A stretch of 64,000 bases of DNA from Octopus vulgaris (Eukaryota), in contig OX597819.1 in the NCBI GenBank assembly GCA_951406725.2, positions 16,926,001-16,990,000 of the forward strand, read 5' to 3'. The notes beneath the pieces were generated by a model that searched no databases, was not told the DNA's origin, and was given only the letters and a program-made list of their open reading frames with translations. The translations under genes were made by a program, and so were the position numbers. Positions 56,004 through 64,000 of the stretch are shown piece after piece. Positions within the stretch are counted from its first letter, which is position 1. Each line of letters starts with the position of its first letter.

Positions 56004-57170
56004 TAATGCATCCTGGCACCAACCTGTTTCTCTTTGTACATGGCCATCATGCTCAACGAAATCCCACTAGACTCGCCTTCCATTAACATGCGCTATCGCT
56101 TGGATGGTGGACTTTTCAATCTCGCACGTCGTCTCGCAAAGACGAGGACCTCCGCCATCTCAGTCCGTGAGATGCAGTATGCCGATGACAATGCCACCCC
56201 GAGCCGGACCGCAAATGGCCTTCAAAGGACGGCCGATCTTTACAACGCGGCTTACGAACGCTTTGAGAGGCAGGTAAATACATTAAAGACCAAGACCCTG
56301 ATCCAAACTGCACCAGGTCAGAGCAATCCACCCACGAATATTAGCATAAACGGCCAACCCTTAAAAGTTGAACACTTCTCATACCTTGGGAGTATCCTTT
56401 CGAAGACCCCCACATATGAAAAGGACGTGGAGAACCGGATCAGGGCAGCCTACTCCGCCTTCGGTAGACTCAGCCAGCATGTATTCTTCAATCACGCGCT
56501 GACCATCGGACAAAGATAATGGTCTTCCGTGCCATTGTCCTGTCAGCTCTTCTCTACGCTAGTGAGACTTGAACGCTGTACCACCGTGACTTCAAGCGCC
56601 TTGAATGCTTCCAGCAATCCAAGCTACGACAGATCCTCAATATTCGATGGGCAGATCACATTACCAGCAACGATGTTCTTCGCCGCGCCTCACTACCAAG
56701 CGTCGAACCACCATTCTTCGCTATTGTCTCCGTTTGGCTGGTCAAGTCCAGCGTATGGAGCCCTCTCGTCTCCGGAGGATCATGCTCTACGGAGAACCTG
56801 CAATCGGAACAAGAGCCAGAGGAGGTCCGAAATTCTTTTTTGAAGACTAGCTCAAACGGACCCTGGCTCAAACTAACATCCAGCCATCCTCATGGGAACA
56901 GATTGCCATAGACAGGACAGCCTGGAGGACTGCTATCCACAATGGAGCCTCTTCCTTCGAGCAGAACAGACAACAGAACGAGGCGGTAAGACGCAGAAGA
57001 AAGGATCGTCTTCAGCATCCTCGACCTGCACCGATCATTCTGTGCGAATTCTGCCCACGACTCTTTCACCACCAGTTTGGGCTCCTAGGTCACATTTGGC
57101 ACAGACATCTGCTGAGGAGAGTGGATTAAAACTGACGAACCCAATGTTCGGATATGAGCTGGAGCCGACG
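56004..57170 (+). mobile_element. 5'-truncated RTE-clade LINE (RT C-terminal half, zinc finger, 3' UTR), frameshifted
   Basis: MQYADDNA, KVEHFSYLGS, DVENRIRAAYSAFGRL, ET*TLY, terminal CEFCPR...H motif; (TATG)n on both sides. Confidence 0.93.
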
Positions 57171-57261
57171 ATGTATGTATGTATGTATGTATGTATGTAT
57201 GTATGTATGTATGTATGTATGTATGTATGTATGTATGTATGTATGTATGTATGTATGTATG

Positions 57262-57605
57262 TCATTATTCACATTATTTCAAGATTTATTGCCAATAGAG
57301 AATACACATCCATGAGACTTGAACGCTGTACCACCGTGACTTCAAGCGCCTTGAATGCTTCCAGCAATCCAATCCTAGATACCTGTAAAATTCTTCTTCA
57401 GATACAGGGGAAACAGTCAAATCATTGACCGAGATGCTACTAGTCTGGTTTATAGTTTTCTTCCTTTTCGCATCCATATAACAACATTTGTCCTGACCAA
57501 ACTCCAACCCTACATCCTTTGAAAATGTTGCAACTAGGTCAAGGTTCTGTTTCATCTCATGCATATTCTTTGCATAAAGTCGTCCACAAAGAAACAGAGT
57601 GTAAT
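57262..57605 (-). mobile_element. Internally deleted R4/Dong-like copy carrying a 60-bp RTE-derived insert
   Basis: 57262-57301 is the reverse complement of the family 3' end (compare 35853-35890); 57373-57605 is the reverse complement of the RT region (compare 34110-34350). Confidence 0.88.
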
Positions 57606-57615
57606 TTTGTTATAT

Positions 57616-58295
57616 ATAATTCAACCTTCACCATTCGTTACGTTGGTGGTACGTATTATTTTGCTTTTCAATAGATGATGATGAAGATGATGATAAGGTC
57701 ATCATCATCATCATCATCACCATCACCACCACCACCACCACCACCACCACCATCATCACCACCATCATCATCATTATCATCATATATATATGTTGAAGAT
57801 GATTTTCACGGAGACAACTCTTATGAACCATTGTTACCAAAATACATATATGTAGTACAATATAGCATTGAAATCTAACAGTCAAGAATGCGTTATATAT
57901 GCAGATCGGCCAGCCTAGTGTTCTGAAACCCTACTTATAGATGGTTTATAAAACTGTGTGTGCGCAAGAAGTTACTGAAGTTACTGTTGAAATCTCAAAA
58001 TACGATTGAAACTAGGCCTTTTCAAGTCTTTGCCTTTTGTTGTCCACGAAGATATCTTGCATAAATAGATGTTCATCTCTGTTACATACAGATTTGGCTA
58101 AAATCTGTATGGATATTATGTAGCATAGTATAATGGACATGCATGTACTCATATGTAAAAGTTTGTATAAGTTTATGTGTGCGTAGTATATGTATATGTG
58201 TGTATGTTCTATGTGCATAGGCCTGCATATAACCTAACCGCAAAAGTGGAAAAAAAAACTAGAAATCGAAAAGGACCATCAAGAAAAATAGTGCA

Positions 58296-58361
<66 letters not shown>

Positions 58362-58757
58362 ATATATATATATATATATATACCATTCCATTCAGAAAAT
58401 AAACAGACGATAGTATTGGTTGGAAATTTTGGAAAATGAATAAATAAATGAATGAAAAAAGTTATTAAATATTAAAGAATCCTTCATAATATGGAAATAT
58501 TTTCACAAGAAATTTCCATAGAAACCGTTTCATAATTCAACCTTCACCATTCGTTACGTTGGTGGTACGTATTATTTTGCTTTTCAATAGATGATGATGA
58601 TGATGATAAGGTCATCATCACCACCACCACCACCACCACCACCACCACCACCACCACCACCACCACCATCACCACCACCACCATCACCACCACCACTATC
58701 ACCACCACCACCACCACCACCACCACCACCACCACCACCACCACCACCACCACCACC

Positions 58758-58791
<34 letters not shown>

Positions 58792-58800
58792 TCACTATAT
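57616..58800. repeat. Dispersed direct duplication (57616-about 57780 and 58532-about 58800)
   Basis: Identical unique sequence ataattcaaccttcaccattcgttacgttggtggtacgtattattttgcttttcaataga followed by (GAT)n-aagg-(CAT/CAC)n. Confidence 0.93.
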
Positions 58801-58874
58801 CATTATTCTGAATGTTACGTTTCTGGTATTTTGTCCCTGTGTTGAGCTTACGTCAAGGGAGGTATTAACTTCTC

Positions 58875-58957
<83 letters not shown>

Positions 58958-58987
58958 TATTCAAAAGCAGCAGAAATATAACAAAAG

Positions 58988-59024
58988 CTGTTACTCAGAG
59001 TTTCACGTTCCGTTCGTCGGACAG
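58988..59024 (-). ncRNA. Candidate type I hammerhead ribozyme (core variant CCGACGA)
   Basis: Minus strand ctgt-CCGACGA-acg gaa cgt-GAA-actc t gagt-a-acag: three stems and a GUA cleavage triplet. Confidence 0.6.
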
Positions 59025-59029
59025 TTTTG

Positions 59030-59106
<77 letters not shown>

Positions 59107-59467
59107 AGAAAGACGAGGGGGGAGAAGGGATACAAAGAAATTACGAGAGAGAAGAAAGAGGGCGAAAATCTATATTATTCTGCACGTGTATGTTCGAATC
59201 GCAGGCACAGTTGCAATGCTTAAACAATATCATAAAAAGCGATAAAATTATGTATTAAAAGGTATATCGATTGACATTTCAATTACGTTTTCTTGACCAA
59301 AGGCTCTGGCCATGCTAGTGCACCGTCATTTTACTAGGCTTGTATGCTTATCGACAAGACAAATACACACAAGCAGAAGGGAAAGTATATATGATAGTTA
59401 ATTGGCTAGCTGGAAATTTAGATAGATAGGTAGATAGGCAGACAGACGGACGGACAGATCGGTAGAG

Positions 59468-59468
<1 letters not shown>

Positions 59469-59541
<73 letters not shown>

Positions 59542-59560
59542 GTAGACAGATAGATAGATA
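59469..59560. repeat. (GATA)n microsatellite
   Basis: Direct inspection. Confidence 0.97.
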
Positions 59561-60072
59561 TGAACGTAGGTGAGTCTACAGATATATCAATAGATATGTA
59601 GACAGAGATATATTAAAAGAAATATAAACAGATAAGTGACTGAACTGAAATGAATCGAAAAGAAAATAATCTTGAGTGGTAAAGAACTTGGACTGAGCCG
59701 TGGTCGTGGCTTGAAAGCGAAAAGTGTAGAAGTTTTATTATTTTAATTAATCTTTTATTTCCTGAAACTAGAGAGCACATCATATCAGTCAAACATTAAA
59801 TGAAGGTAAATAAGAAATACGTTCTAAGTTCATTTCGATTATATTCAAAATTACAGTTTTGATTAAATGGCAGGATTTCAAAAATATGTTTTGAAATTCT
59901 TAGGCTGTATTTGATATATTAACATGTTTTCAAATATACTGACTTAAAGCGTGGAATTTCCAAGGGTCCCTCTAGTCGTCGTCACAGTCTTTCTCGCCGC
60001 CTCTGCCGTCGTCGTCACCACCACTACCACCACCACCACCACCACCACCACCACCACCATCATCATCATCAT

Positions 60073-60600
60073 TTCGTATACGCACAACAGATTAGACTGT
60101 TAGAAACGAAGAATTCCTTACATTGGGCTTCAACAAGTAACCTTAGACGCCCAAAACACCCCTAAAGATCTTAGCTGTTCCTAATAACACTGTTTTCTGG
60201 AGTTACACTAAAATAGGTTTCATGCCTATTTCTTCTATCCATCTATTCACATTTTCTTTACACCTCTCATTTGCGACTCTATAGTCAATTACCTAGCGCT
60301 AACGCTTCTCTTTTTCTGTTACTACTAAATCAGGCCTTCTAGCTTCTATTACTCTGTTAGTCTGTATGTTAATATCCTACAACATCTTATATTTCTTACT
60401 GTCTAGCACTTTACTAGGTTCATGTTCATACCATTTATCTGTATGGTCATATCCTAGTTTTCTACATAACTCCCAGTGGATTACTCTCCCTAGGTTGTCA
60501 TTTCTTTCCTTGTGTCCTCTCTGTACCAGCATGGTACATTCACTTACTATATGAGTAACACTTTCCTCTTACCTGGTTTTTGTCTATCTTGAATTTATCC
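60073..60600 (-). mobile_element. R4/Dong-like LINE 3' end next to (CAT)n
   Basis: Minus strand HWELCRKLG...WYEHEPSKVL...DINIQTNRVIEARRPDLV...LQKTVLLGTAKI. Confidence 0.85.
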
Positions 60601-60861
60601 AGTTAGTCCTCGATGCTTCGTCATGTGCTGTTACTAACAAACTTTCGGTCTCCCTTTTGAACCTTCCTTTCTGCTGCCATAACGATGTCTTACTATTTCC
60701 TGCAACGAATTTTGGGAATCCACCATGCAAAGCCTTCTCTTGCCAGTTAGATAATCTTTTTTCTTTCTGGTTTTTAACGTCATCTGGTGTCCTACTGTTA
60801 TTCTAGCTGCTCTTAAACTTTCTTCACTGATACCTACAAAGGAAGCTATGTCTACTCTAGC

Positions 60862-61590
60862 TAACTCCACGGCCCATATGACATCAGGACAGTATTCAAA
60901 AGTAATACAACACTTCGCAAATATCTCCTTCGAGTAAAACCACCAATAGAAAAGAATATGACTAAGAACTGCGTGTACTCCATCCCATGCAGCTGTGGTA
61001 GGTTATACAAAGGCGAAACATGCCGCCCCTTCATAATAAGGGTAGAGGAACACCGCAAAGCTGTGACACAGGGAAATATTGATAAATCGGGTATAGCTGA
61101 TTATGTATGGAAAAATGGAGACCACCTCCCCCTGTGAGATGAAGTTAAAATAAGAGATAGGGAACACCACTGGAAAAATGAAAACTAAAAGAAGCAGCAC
61201 ATATGCTAGGACACAACAACTTCTTAAGCAGACCGAGTGCAGATATGAACAGCATATGGGAACCGGTATTAAGGAAGGATAGGAATATATTTGACTTATA
61301 AGTCTTAAAATTCACTCCATAATTGCCCACAGGCATATGGCGTAGTGGTTAAGAGCGCGGGCTACCCCAAGATTTCGAGTTCGATTCTAAGCAGTGACCT
61401 GAACAACAAAAACAACAACAGCATCGAAAAATACCTTAGGAATGAGAACCCAGGTTAGAAATTTCCGTAAGACACCTGATGAAGGCTGGAGGGTATATCA
61501 ACTGAAAAGTTGTGTTAACAACAAACAAAATGGTGACAAATACCTGTCAATTGTAAATAATGTACATAATTCCTCATCTCTTACATATAG
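60862..61590 (+). mobile_element. Penelope-like element 3' part: GIY-YIG endonuclease, tRNA-like segment, hammerhead
   Basis: NCVYSIPCSCGRLYKGETCRPFIIRVEEHRKAV...KSGIADYVW...LKEAAHM; A box 61338-61348, B box about 61377-61387; hammerhead fold 61471-61516. Confidence 0.85.
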
Positions 61591-63129
61591 AACTGTAGCA
61601 TTATTACGTTTTGCATTTCTCTTTGTCAGTTTCATTTACTACTATCATCGTCCGTGTAGAAAAAAATTGTACTTGTAGCACTGTTGTGATTTTTTTTACA
61701 GTATTCCAACATCGGGAGGACGTCGGATTGCTGTTGTATTTCAGCTGGAGACGCAATATCCTTGTCTTCCAAGCAGGGACAGGTGAAGCAACTGTCGAAA
61801 GTTAGGATAAAAAACACGTGATTTATCTAGTGTCATATATAAGGCTAAAAATGCTTTTAAATTTTGCCAGTTCAATATAATGTATGGGAAAATTTAATGT
61901 CCTTCGACTTCAGAAATGTTCAACAGTTAACTCCGAATCGTATGTTTCAGTGCAAAATAGTGCGCACCATTTTCAAAACTTGTATCCAAACCAACTCACG
62001 TTTAATTTAATGTATGTTAAATTGGGATGAAAAAAGTTGTTAAAATCGTCTTTTTAAGTATCAACAAAAGGGGTTAGATTAAAGGCTTTATGATGCTCCA
62101 ATTCATGTTTTTTGCCATTCAAATCAAACAATAAGTAACATATGTTTATTTTTCATTTTATTTTGTATAGGGTACTAGTTTTCTCAGATGAAGAGGATGT
62201 TGATGATGATTCTGAGTGTCAATGGCGGACGCTTCCAAAGCCACTTCCTGTCGTTCAGTTTCCAAGAGAGAGCATCTCAACTCCACTTGTCTTCTCTAGA
62301 GTCAAGTAGGTATCCACAACCAACTGACATTCACAATACGCCAAAAAAGTGCAAATGTAGCTCCTCCCAACTTCTCGGGAAAATCTGAACAGTTTTGGTA
62401 AGTCAATATTATATCATTGGTATACTTTAGGGTATGTGGAAGGTGGTTTCAAATTTATTTATAAACAGAAAAATAAAACATTCTGTGTTTGAAAACAGCT
62501 CTTGGGGTCATTCCATGGAGAGCCATGTTTGAAATGTATGCTTTCACCCTGACACATAATTACAGTGCTTAAGAAATAACTGGTAGGTGAATGAGGGTAG
62601 AGTCAAAAGAAAAAAATCACATTTTCAAGAATGTTATCAATTTAACCTATCTTGTTTCAAAAGGATTACTTAAAAACAATAAATTGTATAACTCATCCAA
62701 GTTTTACCTTCATACAGCCACAAGGTCTCCACGTCGGAGGGTTTTCTTTTTTTGGTGAAGAAGTACAAAAACTTGGCTTACTGTTATTTTCTTTTTACCA
62801 TAGGTTTTGTTGGAGCTCCTGAGTTTTGCATGCGTAGCGAGCTTACTACATGCAGCCTTCATTCTTTTCAGCTATCTAATACTTTCCTGATAATTCTGCC
62901 CGTGCCAAGGCGGCAAACCTTATGTAACACATCTACTGGGCATTCTGTTCCAATTCCCTTGTTATTCCTCGTAATGCCTTCTGATACAATTCCCACAGAC
63001 CCAACATTTTACCTCCATTTTCCATAGCTGGGCTATTTCGTACATAAGAGGGTTGTATTTATTTACTTTTTTGCCTTCCTTCTTGACTATTCATGAGTCA
63101 AAGGGGCATGCAACGTCAACTATATAGCA

Positions 63130-63700
63130 TATTTGGTGCACTTTGTCCACCATCACTTGGTCCAGTCTGTTATGCTCTAGCACCTGATCTGTTTGGATTG
63201 GGAAATCCCAGAAGATTTTGCTAGACTCCGACTGTCACTCTCTGCGGTCTTTACTCATACCACGTCTTGCCTCTTTCTAGTTCCCACTTTTCGCAGTTTT
63301 CAATGTAGCACTTTCGCTACATGATCGTATCGTGACAACTTGTAGTGGTTTGGGGCAAGTCTAGGGCGTTCTTTCGTGATATGGACAATGATTTCATCCA
63401 CTCTATTACAGATGCGACACAGCGGAGACTCTTGTTCATTCCTAAGGTTGAACTTCCAGTTCGTGGCCAAAGCTTGGTCTTGCGCTGCCAGTATAGTACT
63501 CTCGGTCTCTTTTTTTTTAGTGTTCCTTTCTTCAGCTAATCCCGCCTATTTTGTCCAGCAACTTCTGTTGTGGCTGCATGGACTTGATTGTGTAGTCCCT
63601 TCTTGCGTAATTCTTCATGTCCTTATATTCAGAGTTGTATAAAGATATTAATGCGTCTAACCTGGTATCCCCCTCGAAGCAAAGTCACTGTTCAAAATTA
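63130..63700 (-). mobile_element. R4/Dong-like LINE fragment
   Basis: Minus strand ILAAQDQALAT...CRICNRVDE...RYDHVAKVLH...SKIFWDFPIQTDQVLEHNRL. Confidence 0.85.
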
Positions 63701-64000
63701 CAGTTCACAAGAAATGAACAAACCATCAGCGCCACAGTAATTTTTGGACGCATTTTCACACACTCTGTATGTTTGCATATCGTGGTCGGTTCGGCTTAGC
63801 AGTAGAGTGTTGTTTCGGAAATGTATAGATTGATGGTGTACTTGAATGGTAACGAAAACAGTATCTTGACTTGTGACCACTGTGAAGAGTTCTTGAGAAT
63901 GTCCTGCATAGTACAAGGCAAAAGAATACAAATAATTAAACGAACAGTAATGATGAGAAAAAAACATTATTTTAATGAATCATTTTGGTAAAAATCACAG

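Noticed and set aside
58591-58845. Poly-proline ORF (formin/extensin-like)
   Set aside because: Pure (CCA)n microsatellite within a local duplication.

Overview
Eukaryotic, AT-rich, non-genic DNA saturated with microsatellites and transposon relics. The SINE families and repeat landscape most resemble an octopus (coleoid cephalopod) genome; this is inference from recalled repeat consensuses, not a search result. I found no intact host gene, and nearly all listed ORFs are microsatellite read-throughs. Recognisable content: many tRNA-headed SINEs; decayed R4/Dong-like RLE LINEs sitting in (CATA)n, (TAA)n and (CAT)n tracts; RTE, Tx1/L1 and CR1/Jockey-like LINE fragments; Penelope-like (PLE) RT and GIY-YIG relics; two mariner relics; three hAT MITEs with 8-bp TSDs; a complete non-autonomous Helitron; and a palindromic MITE. 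The most notable signals are (i) several minimal hammerhead-ribozyme folds, one downstream of a tRNA-like Pol III promoter at a PLE 3' end and one split between two inverted PLE termini; (ii) a recurrent non-hammerhead, pseudoknot-capable terminal motif; (iii) repeated fold-back inversions abutting (TA)n tracts; (iv) a 60-bp locally templated insertion at an internal LINE deletion; and (v) a highly structured non-autonomous RTE derivative.
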